From Euryarchaeota archaeon UBA39 (GTDB taxonomy: Archaea > Thermoplasmatota > Poseidoniia > Poseidoniales > Thalassarchaeaceae), in the NCBI GenBank assembly GCA_002503045.1, contig DAQW01000008.1, positions 1 to 37,931 on the forward strand: a stretch of DNA of 37,931 nucleotides, given 5' to 3'. The notes beneath the pieces were generated by a model. The model saw only the letters and a list, made by a program, of their open reading frames with translations, ran no database searches and was not told the origin of the DNA. A program made the translations under genes and the position numbers. The stretch's first letter is position 1. Each line of letters opens with the position of its first letter. This document shows, piece by piece, positions 8,022 to 17,230 of this stretch.

Positions 8022-8578
8022 TCATTCCATTCTCTAGATGTTCCATCCATCTCCATCCCATATCCGTCACCTACTGTTCTTGGGACATGGTTTCTACCTT
8101 CATGATGGGTTTCTTTTTCTATCCATGAAATTAAATTAGGTAATTCTAGTAAAACATCGAAATGTCCGCCCAATGTTGCTTCACCTTCTAGGACGAATCC
8201 TACTTTTCCTACAATTGCAGCTTGTCTAGATAATCTAAACAATGTGGAGTTTTCTGTAGAATCCATAGTCATTGCATCCATCCCTGTATCGAGAATTCTT
8301 TGTTCTCTAAGTACCTGAAAGAAAAAATCCATTTTTCCTCCGTGACCATGCATTTGAGTCCAAACATTCTCTCTTGGAAATGATGTTTCTTCGACTTGAT
8401 TATCTGGTTGAAAATCGGGAAACAATCCCTTAATTGATTCAATTATTGCGACTGGTGATTCGTGTGCCCCTAATTGGGTACTGATTCTCACTGATGGCTC
8501 CTCCATATCATTGCGTGATGGTGGGGGGCCATGGGTGTTGCGCTTGAACAGTATCTCTACTAATTGGTTTCTAAACAA
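8018..8578 (-). CDS. Hypothetical soluble protein (186 aa from TTG 8578; 162 aa if ATG 8506 is used)
   Basis: Long ORF with ordinary globular composition. It contains MHGHGGKMDFF and a C-terminal His/Glu-rich segment (EKETHHEGRNH), possibly metal binding. I recognise no family. The annotated first codon is TTG. The stop overlaps the stop of 6999-8021 within TTAA. Confidence 0.45.
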   Translation of the reverse strand: MFRNQLVEILFKRNTHGPPPSRNDMEEPSVRISTQLGAHESPVAIIESIKGLFPDFQPDNQVEETSFPRENVWTQMHGHGGKMDFFFQVLREQRILDTGMDAMTMDSTENSTLFRLSRQAAIVGKVGFVLEGEATLGGHFDVLLELPNLISWIEKETHHEGRNHVPRTVGDGYGMEMDGTSREWND

Positions 8579-8622
8579 TTTTTCAATGACAAGGTTGACG
8601 GCTGAAAGGTCAAGTTGAGGTC

Positions 8623-9753
8623 ATGGATGAGGTCAAGATATTGACGGTCATTCCTGTTTTAGATGAGTCACGACATCTCGATAGGTGCCTTCTTTCCCTT
8701 CGTAATCAGACCTTTGATTCTAGGCGTCACAGAATTTTGGTTTTGGACGGTGGGTCAACTGATAATTCTAGAGAGATTGCTGAGAAACATTCTGTTGAAA
8801 GTAAAAATTCAGAAGGCCCCTTAATCGAGGTATTAGATAACCCTGGGAAATATGTATCTTCAGCACGAAATATTGGATTAGAGCGAGTTGAAGATGCCAC
8901 ACATATGTTAGAAATTATTGGCCATACATGGGTTCCAGATGATCACATCCAATTAAGGGTTGATGATTTGCTTGATGCAGAAGAATCAATTGGGAAATCT
9001 ATTGGTTCAATGGGGACTCAAATTATGCCCTCTGAGGAAAGAAATGGTATGCCTAAATCAATTGAAAATGCTCTCCATTCTCCTTTGGGTGGAAGTGGAC
9101 AATTCGCAAGTTTTGAAGGTCGTGGTGATGCAAGTTCACCAGCATTTTGCTTGCACCGTGTTGAAGCAGTAAAGTCAATTGGAGGTTGGGATAATCGATG
9201 GGTTGCAGGACAAGATCATGATTTGAATCATCGGCTTAGGGAAAATGGTTGGCCAGTAATGCGTTCTGATGTTTCATTTGTATGTATGTCAAAAAGGTCC
9301 AATTTATCGGGCTTATGGGGGATGGGGCGAAGATATGGATATTGGAGAATGAGGCAATTGAAAGTTTATCCAAATCGTGCTAGATTACGAGAATTTCTTC
9401 CTTGGATTGGTATTATTACTGTTTTACTCTCGTTAGCATCAAATTTCATTATCTCCCAAAATCCTGAGATGTTCGATAATTACAATTTTTTCACAGGTAA
9501 TTCTGATATTTTCTTCTATTTCTCAGTATTACTAGTTCAATGTTATATTGGAATTTTACTTTATATTTCGATTTTTAGACCATACAAAATGCAATCACAA
9601 AAGCGGCGACCCGATTTTGGAATGTTTGTATCTTTGGTAGTGTTACATATTTCATTTAGTCTTGGACTACTTACTGGTTTGTTACATCTAAAACCGCCTA
9701 ATAATGAACGAGTCAAGGGCGCGAATAATTCAAACAATAAAGGTAGGAATTAA
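8623..9753 (+). CDS. Family 2 glycosyltransferase with C-terminal membrane domain
   Basis: The N-terminus reads ILTVIPVLDESRHLDRCLLSLRNQTF ... ILVLDGGSTDNS, the GT-A/GT2 nucleotide-binding signature. Later comes a DxD-like QDHD, then 3-4 hydrophobic helices in the last roughly 120 aa. Confidence 0.8.
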   Translation: MDEVKILTVIPVLDESRHLDRCLLSLRNQTFDSRRHRILVLDGGSTDNSREIAEKHSVESKNSEGPLIEVLDNPGKYVSSARNIGLERVEDATHMLEIIGHTWVPDDHIQLRVDDLLDAEESIGKSIGSMGTQIMPSEERNGMPKSIENALHSPLGGSGQFASFEGRGDASSPAFCLHRVEAVKSIGGWDNRWVAGQDHDLNHRLRENGWPVMRSDVSFVCMSKRSNLSGLWGMGRRYGYWRMRQLKVYPNRARLREFLPWIGIITVLLSLASNFIISQNPEMFDNYNFFTGNSDIFFYFSVLLVQCYIGILLYISIFRPYKMQSQKRRPDFGMFVSLVVLHISFSLGLLTGLLHLKPPNNERVKGANNSNNKGRN

Positions 9754-9757
9754 ATTC

Positions 9758-10624
9758 ATGGCGGATAAGAATTCGGGCACTTCAGTGGCCTTATTCTTGG
9801 CCCCAGGATTGATTTTTCTTGTGTTAGATCTCTTCGGTCCACCTGCCATTGATCTTTTGTTAGACGAAAAGATTTGGATCCCCTATGTTTACTATGGTAC
9901 TTCTCTTGTTTTTGGCTATATTTTGTTCCGTCGTTCAAGAGTTGTAAAAGATATGGAATGGCATCGATCAAAGAGTATTCAGCGTTTAGAAAAGGTATAC
10001 AAGGCCGAAGATAAAGGAGTTTGGTTGCGCTCTGAAGAAGCAGATAATCGTTTGAGTGCTGCAGCGATAAATCGACCACTCACTTCACAAAAAAAGGCTG
10101 TCGAACGTCTTTCAGGTTCAGTGTCACAAATTAATCATGAAGGTGGCCCCACAGAAATTGAATCGAATGAATCTGATGTTGAGAATGTAGATTTATTTCT
10201 TGAACAGGATCATGTTGCAAGGAGTACAGCTAGGGTGACTGGAAAAACAGGCCCTGTGGAATCAGTTCAAGGAGTCACTTTGGAAGAGTCACCTAAAGAA
10301 GAATCTGGATTATTCAGGGGTGCTCTACGCCGATTATCAGAAGCTAGAGAATCGGCAGCACAAAATCAAGTTAATCCAGTAAATACCTCCGTCTCAAGTA
10401 AGTCAAGAGACCTCATAAATAATCAAGAAAGTCCAATTGATCGAATTTATGTTCGGCCTGGAGAAGATTATGATCCATCACCAGAATCGTCCCGTTCTAT
10501 CCCTGCTCCTTCTGTTCAAAAAAACGAGTCACAGGAGTCCAATATGAGGCGTTGCAATGAATGCGGAGCTCACATGAATTTGAATGAATCATATTGTCCA
10601 AAGTGTGGTTCATTTTCTGCCTAG
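9758..10624 (+). CDS. Membrane protein with N-terminal TM hairpin, long disordered linker and C-terminal zinc ribbon
   Basis: ATG at 9758, 4 nt after the GT2 stop. TM segments are VALFLAPGLIFLVLDLF and IPYVYYGTSLVFGYILF. The middle is Ser/Glu-rich low complexity. CNECGAHMNLNESYCPKCG (10553-10606) is a CxxC-N10-CxxC zinc ribbon. Confidence 0.65.
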   Translation: MADKNSGTSVALFLAPGLIFLVLDLFGPPAIDLLLDEKIWIPYVYYGTSLVFGYILFRRSRVVKDMEWHRSKSIQRLEKVYKAEDKGVWLRSEEADNRLSAAAINRPLTSQKKAVERLSGSVSQINHEGGPTEIESNESDVENVDLFLEQDHVARSTARVTGKTGPVESVQGVTLEESPKEESGLFRGALRRLSEARESAAQNQVNPVNTSVSSKSRDLINNQESPIDRIYVRPGEDYDPSPESSRSIPAPSVQKNESQESNMRRCNECGAHMNLNESYCPKCGSFSA

Positions 10625-10680
10625 TTGCGGGAACGATTCAAAGGGGGCCATTCATACCCTAAAACCGTCGAGGAGCCAAT

Positions 10681-11829
10681 ATGTCTGAGAAGAGGGATTA
10701 CTACGAGGTTCTTGGTCTATCCAAGAAGGCGTCTAATTCAGACATAAAGAAGGCATTCCGTTCTTTGGCTAGGAAATATCATCCTGACAAGAATCCAGGA
10801 GATGAAGATGCTGAAAATCGTTTCAAAGAAGTACAAGAGGCATATGCAATCCTGTCAAACGAAGAACAAAGAAGACAGTATGATACATTCGGGCACAATC
10901 GACCAGATGGGAATCCATTTGGTTCCGGTTTCCAAGGAGTAAATATCAATTTTGAAGATTTATTTTCTGGAGGTAGTTTTGATTCAGTATTTTCACAAAT
11001 TTTTGGTGGAGGTGGTTCTAGAAGGAGAGAGAGAAGAGGCAATGATTTATTGATGCGTCACCGCATTTCATTCGATTCGATGTTTAATGGTTCTGAGGAA
11101 GAATCAGAGATTGAATCCTTGATAGAATGTTCAGAATGTATGGGTTCTGGAGCAAAATCAAAGGAAGGTGTAAGTTCCTGTAGTACTTGCGACGGCCACG
11201 GTAGAATTACTCAGACTCAGAGGATTGGTCCGTTCTTACAAGAGTCAGTTGCAGATTGCCCAAATTGTGGGGGGTCTGGAAGAATTGTCACTGATCCATG
11301 TTCTCCTTGTAGGGGTGATGGTAGAGTAAAGAAAGATCGCACTATTCGATTTTCAGTGCCTCCTGGTATTTCTCATGGAACTCGACTTCGTATGCAAGGT
11401 CAAGGTGAACCTACATCGGGAAGAAATGGACCATCTGGACATCTGTATATCGAAATTTTAGTTGATGATCATGATTGGTTTGAACGTTCAGATTCAGATC
11501 TGTTGATGGCATTTCCAGTAGGGTATAATGATTTATTGAGTGGCAAGAAGTTTGAGTTACCTCATCTAGATGGTTCCCCCCTAATTATCGATGTTCCTGC
11601 TGGTTCTAAGCCAGGAGATACTATTGATATCAGAGGAAGAGGAATTCCTAGAAATCGAGGTAGAGGGAGGGGAAATGTGACAGTACTGCTAAAATTACAT
11701 ATCCCTGATAATCTTTCTAAAAAGACACTTTCATTATTACAAGAGTTAAGTGAATCAATTGATATTTTAGACCATGAAATTGAGGATTCTATTCGTAAAG
11801 AAGCTCGTCACCGAAGAAGTGGTGTTTAA
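10681..11829 (+). CDS. dnaJ: Chaperone DnaJ (Hsp40, type I)
   Basis: J domain DYYEVLGLSKKAS...KYHPDKNPGD with HPD. G/F-rich linker. Four CxxCxGxG repeats (CSECMGSG, CSTCDGHG, CPNCGGSG, CSPCRGDG). C-terminal substrate-binding domains. GAGGAG sits 5 nt upstream of the ATG. Confidence 0.95.
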   Translation: MSEKRDYYEVLGLSKKASNSDIKKAFRSLARKYHPDKNPGDEDAENRFKEVQEAYAILSNEEQRRQYDTFGHNRPDGNPFGSGFQGVNINFEDLFSGGSFDSVFSQIFGGGGSRRRERRGNDLLMRHRISFDSMFNGSEEESEIESLIECSECMGSGAKSKEGVSSCSTCDGHGRITQTQRIGPFLQESVADCPNCGGSGRIVTDPCSPCRGDGRVKKDRTIRFSVPPGISHGTRLRMQGQGEPTSGRNGPSGHLYIEILVDDHDWFERSDSDLLMAFPVGYNDLLSGKKFELPHLDGSPLIIDVPAGSKPGDTIDIRGRGIPRNRGRGRGNVTVLLKLHIPDNLSKKTLSLLQELSESIDILDHEIEDSIRKEARHRRSGV

Positions 11830-11841
11830 CTTGGATCATAT

Positions 11842-13281
11842 CTACAAATCAAGTATTATTGGTACGGCAGAATCCTCAGTAGTGTAATCTCCAACTTGAC
11901 CATTAATATTCCTACCCCAACATGCTATACTTTTATCCTCAAACATAATGCAAGTATGGAAATTTCCTAGGAACAGATTTTCCGGTTTGGACATTCCTTC
12001 AAATCCTGTAACTGAAAGAGGAGATGCTTCATAACTCGAAGGAGGGGAACCCAATTGTCCATATGTGTTATTGCCCCAGCAAACAACATCCCAATCCTCT
12101 AGAATTGCACAAGAATGGTGTGTCCCTGCAGAAACTTGGAGGGCTTTTCTATCATTACCAAAATCAATTGTATCTCTTGGCGTAAATTGATCTGTGGGCG
12201 CCTGTGTGTATCCTAATCCACGTTGGCCGTAGTCATTTCTACCCCAGCACATTACTGAACCATTATCAAGTAATGAGCAAGAATGGAATCCCCCCACAGA
12301 AACATCTCTAACGAGGGTTTCGTGGGGGATATGTGCAGGGTTTTTGATGTGTTGATTAGAGTTTGTAATTCCTTTGAGTGCTTTGTATCCCCAACAATAT
12401 AGTTGTCCATCTGTGGTTACTACACATGTTGCATGCCCTCCTGATCGAACTAATGATGCATTACTTCCTTGACCAAATTCCTGAATCTCATAAGGAGTCG
12501 AAATTCCATTTGGAGAAGTTTCCCCATTTCCGATTTGACCATAGGTATTGTTCCCCCAGCATGCAACAGATTGGTCAGATAGTAATGCGCAAGTGTGGTA
12601 ATATCCAGCAGATAATTGCAGTGCTGTGACTCCATTAGAAAAACTAGTAATGGGTACTGGGGTGTAACGATTATCATAGGTCCCATCCCCTAAAGTTCCA
12701 TCTTCATTGAAACCCCAGCATGCAACACTACCATCTTCTAGAATCGCACAATTGTGGAAACCCCCAGCAGATAGGTTAGTTACTAAGTGTCCTCCATACA
12801 TTGGAACTTCAATTGGATTATGTGATCCCGATGAATTTCGGTATCCTACACCGAGTTGTCCATAGTAATTATTACCCCAGCACATTACTGTACCATCCTC
12901 TCTAAGCATACAAGTATGCCAACCACCTCCTGTTAGTTGATCAACTGGCGATGTTTCATTTTCACAGTTTGTGGGATTACAACAATCTTCTGGGTTACAA
13001 GCCCCGTCATTTCCTGGTGCTCCATTACAAACATAAGATGTGAATTCAATTTCATTATCATTTAATTTCCCATTATTGTTTAGATCGATACCTGAATCTA
13101 TCTTAACGCCACCATGCGTACAATTCGATCCCGCCTCTTCATCGATCATTCTAATCAATGAATTAGATCCACTTACTATACTTTCACCACTATCACTTTT
13201 CGTCGAATCATCAGTAGGTGAGATGCAACCTGCCATTGGACCGACCAAAAGTATCAGCGTAGCGAAAATCACTCTAAGCAT
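11842..13281 (-). CDS. Secreted RCC1-repeat (seven-bladed beta-propeller) lipoprotein with N-terminal Cys-rich Ca2+-binding module
   Basis: Seven CWG-x-N-x-x-GQxG repeats (VMCWGNNYYGQLG, VACWGFNEDGTLG, VACWGNNTYGQIG, LYCWGYKALKG, VMCWGRNDYGQRG, VVCWGNNTYGQLG, IACWGRNINGQVG). Signal peptide MLRVIFATLILLVGPMAGC with a lipobox-like AGC. EF-like loop DLNNNGKLNDNE at 13051-13086. The ORF-track start at 13305 is GTG; ATG 13281 gives a textbook signal peptide. Confidence 0.85.
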   Translation of the reverse strand: MLRVIFATLILLVGPMAGCISPTDDSTKSDSGESIVSGSNSLIRMIDEEAGSNCTHGGVKIDSGIDLNNNGKLNDNEIEFTSYVCNGAPGNDGACNPEDCCNPTNCENETSPVDQLTGGGWHTCMLREDGTVMCWGNNYYGQLGVGYRNSSGSHNPIEVPMYGGHLVTNLSAGGFHNCAILEDGSVACWGFNEDGTLGDGTYDNRYTPVPITSFSNGVTALQLSAGYYHTCALLSDQSVACWGNNTYGQIGNGETSPNGISTPYEIQEFGQGSNASLVRSGGHATCVVTTDGQLYCWGYKALKGITNSNQHIKNPAHIPHETLVRDVSVGGFHSCSLLDNGSVMCWGRNDYGQRGLGYTQAPTDQFTPRDTIDFGNDRKALQVSAGTHHSCAILEDWDVVCWGNNTYGQLGSPPSSYEASPLSVTGFEGMSKPENLFLGNFHTCIMFEDKSIACWGRNINGQVGDYTTEDSAVPIILDL

Positions 13282-13305
13282 AAAAGTAATAATGAAATCA
13301 TACAC

Positions 13306-13315
13306 ATAATATTAT
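13306..13315 (-). promoter_or_regulatory. Candidate TATA box for the RCC1-repeat gene (near-leaderless transcript)
   Basis: ATAATATTAT on the minus strand is centred about 29 nt upstream of ATG 13281. The archaeal TATA-to-TSS distance is about 26 nt, which puts the TSS at or just before the ATG. Sequence-only call. Confidence 0.35.
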
Positions 13316-13366
13316 GTTAGAGAATAAGAATCAAAGATATGTTTGGTATTTTCTTTCTTAATTGCA

Positions 13367-15349
13367 TTATTCTTCTGAATCTCCTAGGGCTATTGCAGGC
13401 ATTGCAGCCATTGGCACTCCCTCTACAGTCCCAGTAACTATTACATCTAATTTGGTTGACCCACTTGAATGTTGAACTCTAAGGAATTTTAGTTTATTAG
13501 CATGCATCTTATCCAAAACAATTTCATCTTCAAAGTGAAGATGACTTGGATGCACATCTTGAATTTCTACTCTATCTCCCATTGTAGCTGCAAGTCTTAC
13601 TCCGGCATGTTCCCATGTTACATTAGAACGAATTCCGATTAATAATGTAGGGTTTTCCATATCTAATCTCCAAGCAGCAATATCAACATCTTCAGTTGAA
13701 TGTCTTACATCTGGTTTACCCCATTCTTGAATTAATGCATCCCACTCAGAATCACCTAATGATGAAAGAGCAGCATCAATATCATCATCGTCTTGCGAGT
13801 CTAATCCGATTCCACTAAGTCTTTCACGTAAGCGAATTAGCCGTAGTCTTTCGTGTTTTTCTACACGTATTACATCTCTATCTTTCCATTGCCAATAGGC
13901 AATTGGCAATAGAGGTGAAAGCATAAGGAATCCAACTATTACGTAGAAAACAATGAATTCTCCTGAACGATCAAGGTATACTGGTTCATCGGTTTCTTGT
14001 AATTCTAATCTGAATGAATATGATATGGAAGATGAATTAGAGGTGCGATTTTGGTCTAAAGAAATTCGAATCGCGTGTGTGCCTTTCTCAATTACATTCA
14101 ATGTACTTGCTGAATTGATCAAATCTGATAATGGGACTATTTCCATAATGCAACAATCCGATGATTCAGATGAAGGGATTAGATGGACGATTGACCCATT
14201 TTCTTCGATTATATCAAAAATCCAATAATCGATATCTTCCGTATTTGTTAGATGGCCATTATACCATCCACCATCATCCTGAATACTTGGATATGCATCT
14301 CTATTTCGTTGAAGATCTGGGGGGAAATCAGGAGCATCACCAAAAGTATCTCCATCTGATTTGAAATCTATTGAATGAGAAATATTGTAGGAAACAGCAC
14401 TAGAAGATCGAACATGAATTTGTAATGTGGCATTTGTTTCTCCTACATTTTGAATAATTAGATTCCCACTAGATTGGTTCAATTCACTCATGTTTCCATT
14501 CTCAACATATCTTAATTCAATCAATCCAGATGTTTCAAATTGGATATTCACGGGTGCTCCTGGTCCGACTTTAAGTAGGTAAAAATCACCTTCTTCATCC
14601 ATAGGCCCTATTGTTCCAATTATTGCAGTATCTGGGTAGATAATATCTTTATTTTCATCATCATCATCCCAAATATTCACATCAAAACTATACGGATTAA
14701 TTCCATCTCCATCGTTTGAATGAATTTTTAGATAAAGTCCTTCGTTTGAAGGGACTTCGATAAATAATGGAGAGTTCTCAATAGTTCCGAGTAGTACTGG
14801 AATTTGACCACTTGTATCAAGTATGTCTACTGTTAAATGATATCTTGAAGATATTGGATGGACTTCAACTATGTCTCCTTCATTTCCAATAATATGGATT
14901 ACATCACTATCTGTTCCATCTAAATAACCGGTATTTCTTGAAATAAAACTTGCATCTACTACTTCTTGATGTCCTGAATGTTCTGGATGATCAGTAAATT
15001 CGTGACCTTGAGTACTAGGTAGTAATGTTTTGAGTTCCCATCCATTTTCTTGAAATGAAATATTAGAAGATATAGATACAGTACCTGAAGTGATATTTTT
15101 GAGAATTTCACTTGATGTAGAAGAAATATAGTCAATACTTCCATTTGGCCAAATTATTGTAACATTAATGGGCGCACAATTTTGATTTGTATTCTGACAA
15201 ATAATACCAATCCATGCCATCCCATCGCCTACTTGAGTATCTGATAACGTATTTTCTTCTTCTGCACTTATTGTATGAATTGGTGCCAAAGGAGTCATGA
15301 GAATTAAGAGAATCCAAAATGCCCAAACTGATTTGAGTCGGATGCCCAT
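13367..15349 (-). CDS. Surface protein with PPC-like (pre-peptidase C-terminal type) beta-sandwich repeats, one TM helix and a roughly 170-aa cytoplasmic domain
   Basis: Signal peptide MGIRLKSVWAFWILLILMTPLAPIHTISA. D-x-D-[YF]-[YW] type motifs (EGDFYLLKVGPG, EDIDYWIFDI) recur in roughly 100-aa modules. TM is FIVFYVIVGFLMLSPLLPIAYW, followed by the basic stretch KDRDVIRVEKHERLRLIRLRER (positive-inside), then an acidic linker and a beta-rich C-terminal domain. Confidence 0.75.
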   Translation of the reverse strand: MGIRLKSVWAFWILLILMTPLAPIHTISAEEENTLSDTQVGDGMAWIGIICQNTNQNCAPINVTIIWPNGSIDYISSTSSEILKNITSGTVSISSNISFQENGWELKTLLPSTQGHEFTDHPEHSGHQEVVDASFISRNTGYLDGTDSDVIHIIGNEGDIVEVHPISSRYHLTVDILDTSGQIPVLLGTIENSPLFIEVPSNEGLYLKIHSNDGDGINPYSFDVNIWDDDDENKDIIYPDTAIIGTIGPMDEEGDFYLLKVGPGAPVNIQFETSGLIELRYVENGNMSELNQSSGNLIIQNVGETNATLQIHVRSSSAVSYNISHSIDFKSDGDTFGDAPDFPPDLQRNRDAYPSIQDDGGWYNGHLTNTEDIDYWIFDIIEENGSIVHLIPSSESSDCCIMEIVPLSDLINSASTLNVIEKGTHAIRISLDQNRTSNSSSISYSFRLELQETDEPVYLDRSGEFIVFYVIVGFLMLSPLLPIAYWQWKDRDVIRVEKHERLRLIRLRERLSGIGLDSQDDDDIDAALSSLGDSEWDALIQEWGKPDVRHSTEDVDIAAWRLDMENPTLLIGIRSNVTWEHAGVRLAATMGDRVEIQDVHPSHLHFEDEIVLDKMHANKLKFLRVQHSSGSTKLDVIVTGTVEGVPMAAMPAIALGDSEE

Positions 15350-15413
15350 ATAGTGCTGTCATCCTGACTGGCTTTTAGAATCATTCAAGCAGGTCTGTCT
15401 TCTCCTTGGTAAC

Positions 15414-17186
15414 ATGGGTGCCCTAGGTCGAACCATAGTTGGCCGGAATCGGTACGCTAGAATTATTGGTTTAGGTGATAGAAGGTCGCCTTGTGTACAT
15501 ACTCCCTGTTTAGTGAAAATTGACGGGGATCCAGATTTCCATGATGCGCTTGCACCCTTTAGATTCGTTAGAGATGGTACTGTTTCTCCAGCGACTCTAA
15601 CTTTAGAGACATTAATTGAAGATATGGACATATTATCTCCTCCATCTATTATCAAATGGCAGGCTTCTGAGGGGCAACATCTTCCTCCAGTGTTAATTGA
15701 AGCTGACTCCGGTAAATCAGGTGGTGACGAAAATATCTTGATAGTTTCATGGCAAACCTTGCATCATGATTCAAGATTAATGGATGATAGTCTTGCTCCA
15801 GATTTTGTAATATTAGTTGATGCACCTCAACTTATTTCTTCAGGTGAAATTTTTCTCAAAGCTCTCCTTAGTTTGAGGGAACGTTTCCCATCAGCATTGA
15901 TTTGGACTCCCGGAATTAGTGGGCCAGATAATGCTGCGTTACTAAGTTGGTTTGGAGTAGACTTGTTTGATTCCGCTAGATCCCGATCCGCTGCAGTAAA
16001 CGGGCACAGACTAACAATGCAGGGTCCTCGTCCAATGGATGAGGATGAAAATCCAGATATTTGGATAAGTGATTGGGAGGATTCATTGCGATTTATTCGT
16101 TCATCAATCAAATCAGGAAATTTGAGAGAATTAGTCGAAATCCAAGCCCTCAATAGTCCTCGTAGTGTAGAACATCTTAGACGCCATGATTCATTGTTAA
16201 GGGCTAGAGAATCTCCCCTCGCAAGACATGTTTCTCAAAATCGTAGATTTAGATTTAATTCTAATTCTTCGCGTAATGACCCATTAGTTCATGATTGGAA
16301 AAAAAGGGTATCAGAACAATATACTCCTCCCAATCATTGCCAATCAGTTCTACTATTACTTCCATGTAGTGAACGTAAACCATATCGAGAATCTCAAAGC
16401 CATAGGAGATTTTCTCGCCATATCCCATTTACTTGTGTTGATCAAGTAATGGTCACCTCTCCTCTAGGTTTAGTTCCTAGATCTCTTGAGGACCTTTGGC
16501 CCGCAGCACACTATGATATTCCAGTAACTGGTGATTGGGATTCTGATGAAATTTCGATGATTCATGAAATGGTACAATCTCTGATTGATCGAATTGGTTA
16601 TCGAATGATTATTAATCATTCAGGAGTTGATATGTCTTCAATTCAAGGGGATTTTGAATTGATAGATACTCGGCAGGGTTTAACTGCAGGTTCTCCAGAT
16701 GCGTTGAAAAGACTTGAATCCACTATTTCTGATGCGGTAAAGAGCTTAGAAATCAGGGGCCCTAAGGGGCATCGACATAGATTAGAGATTTATCGTTCTA
16801 CATCTCGATTTTTGTTTGGTACTGATTCATGGTTGTCCGATGTTAAGATAGAAGGTCGTCCACCTCGTTGGAGGATAGAGAAAGAGGGGGTGCAAATTGC
16901 GCAATGGCACCCACATTCTGGTCGTTTTGCATTTTCTAAGGCTTCACTTCAACTATTAGATGAGGGAGATGTACTTCAACGAATACACTTGATTCCAGAT
17001 GTAGAATGGAAAGGAGATATATTTGTGTCAATTCTTGATTCTTATCCAGATGGTATTAGAGAAGGAGATGATCTTCTCGTGATGCAGAATGGAAATTTGA
17101 TCGGTTCTGCGAGAGCAGTTGCTGCAGGATGGGAATGGCGAGGTTCTCCTGGAAGAATTGCTAGATCCCATCAAAGAATTGGCTAA
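15414..17186 (+). CDS. arcS: Archaeosine synthase ArcS (tRNA-guanine transglycosylase-like, DUF5591 plus PUA)
   Basis: Exact ArcS signature PCSERKPYRESQSH (PCX3KPYX2SX2H). The C-terminal part is PUA-like (GDDLLVMQNGNLIGSARAVAAGWEW). The length of 590 aa is typical. The precise start is uncertain. Confidence 0.8.
   Translation: MGALGRTIVGRNRYARIIGLGDRRSPCVHTPCLVKIDGDPDFHDALAPFRFVRDGTVSPATLTLETLIEDMDILSPPSIIKWQASEGQHLPPVLIEADSGKSGGDENILIVSWQTLHHDSRLMDDSLAPDFVILVDAPQLISSGEIFLKALLSLRERFPSALIWTPGISGPDNAALLSWFGVDLFDSARSRSAAVNGHRLTMQGPRPMDEDENPDIWISDWEDSLRFIRSSIKSGNLRELVEIQALNSPRSVEHLRRHDSLLRARESPLARHVSQNRRFRFNSNSSRNDPLVHDWKKRVSEQYTPPNHCQSVLLLLPCSERKPYRESQSHRRFSRHIPFTCVDQVMVTSPLGLVPRSLEDLWPAAHYDIPVTGDWDSDEISMIHEMVQSLIDRIGYRMIINHSGVDMSSIQGDFELIDTRQGLTAGSPDALKRLESTISDAVKSLEIRGPKGHRHRLEIYRSTSRFLFGTDSWLSDVKIEGRPPRWRIEKEGVQIAQWHPHSGRFAFSKASLQLLDEGDVLQRIHLIPDVEWKGDIFVSILDSYPDGIREGDDLLVMQNGNLIGSARAVAAGWEWRGSPGRIARSHQRIG
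16362..16403 (+). other. ArcS signature motif PCX3KPYX2SX2H
   Basis: The translation P-C-SER-K-P-Y-RE-S-QS-H matches every fixed residue of the motif described for archaeosine synthase. Confidence 0.8.
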
Positions 17187-17212
17187 TCATTGATTTTCCA
17201 TTGTCGGAGCGG

Positions 17213-17219
17213 TTATAGA
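17213..17219 (+). promoter_or_regulatory. Candidate TATA element upstream of rps15
   Basis: TTATAGA lies 38-44 nt upstream of ATG 17257. This would place the TSS near 17242, inside the palindrome below. Weak, sequence-only. Confidence 0.3.
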
Positions 17220-17230
17220 GGGGAAGGAAG

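Noticed and set aside
15359-15655. 98-aa minus-strand ORF overlapping the arcS start region.
   Set aside because: It has no motif, is basic and low-complexity, and lies entirely antisense to the arcS 5' end. Accepting it would eliminate the divergent promoter spacer.
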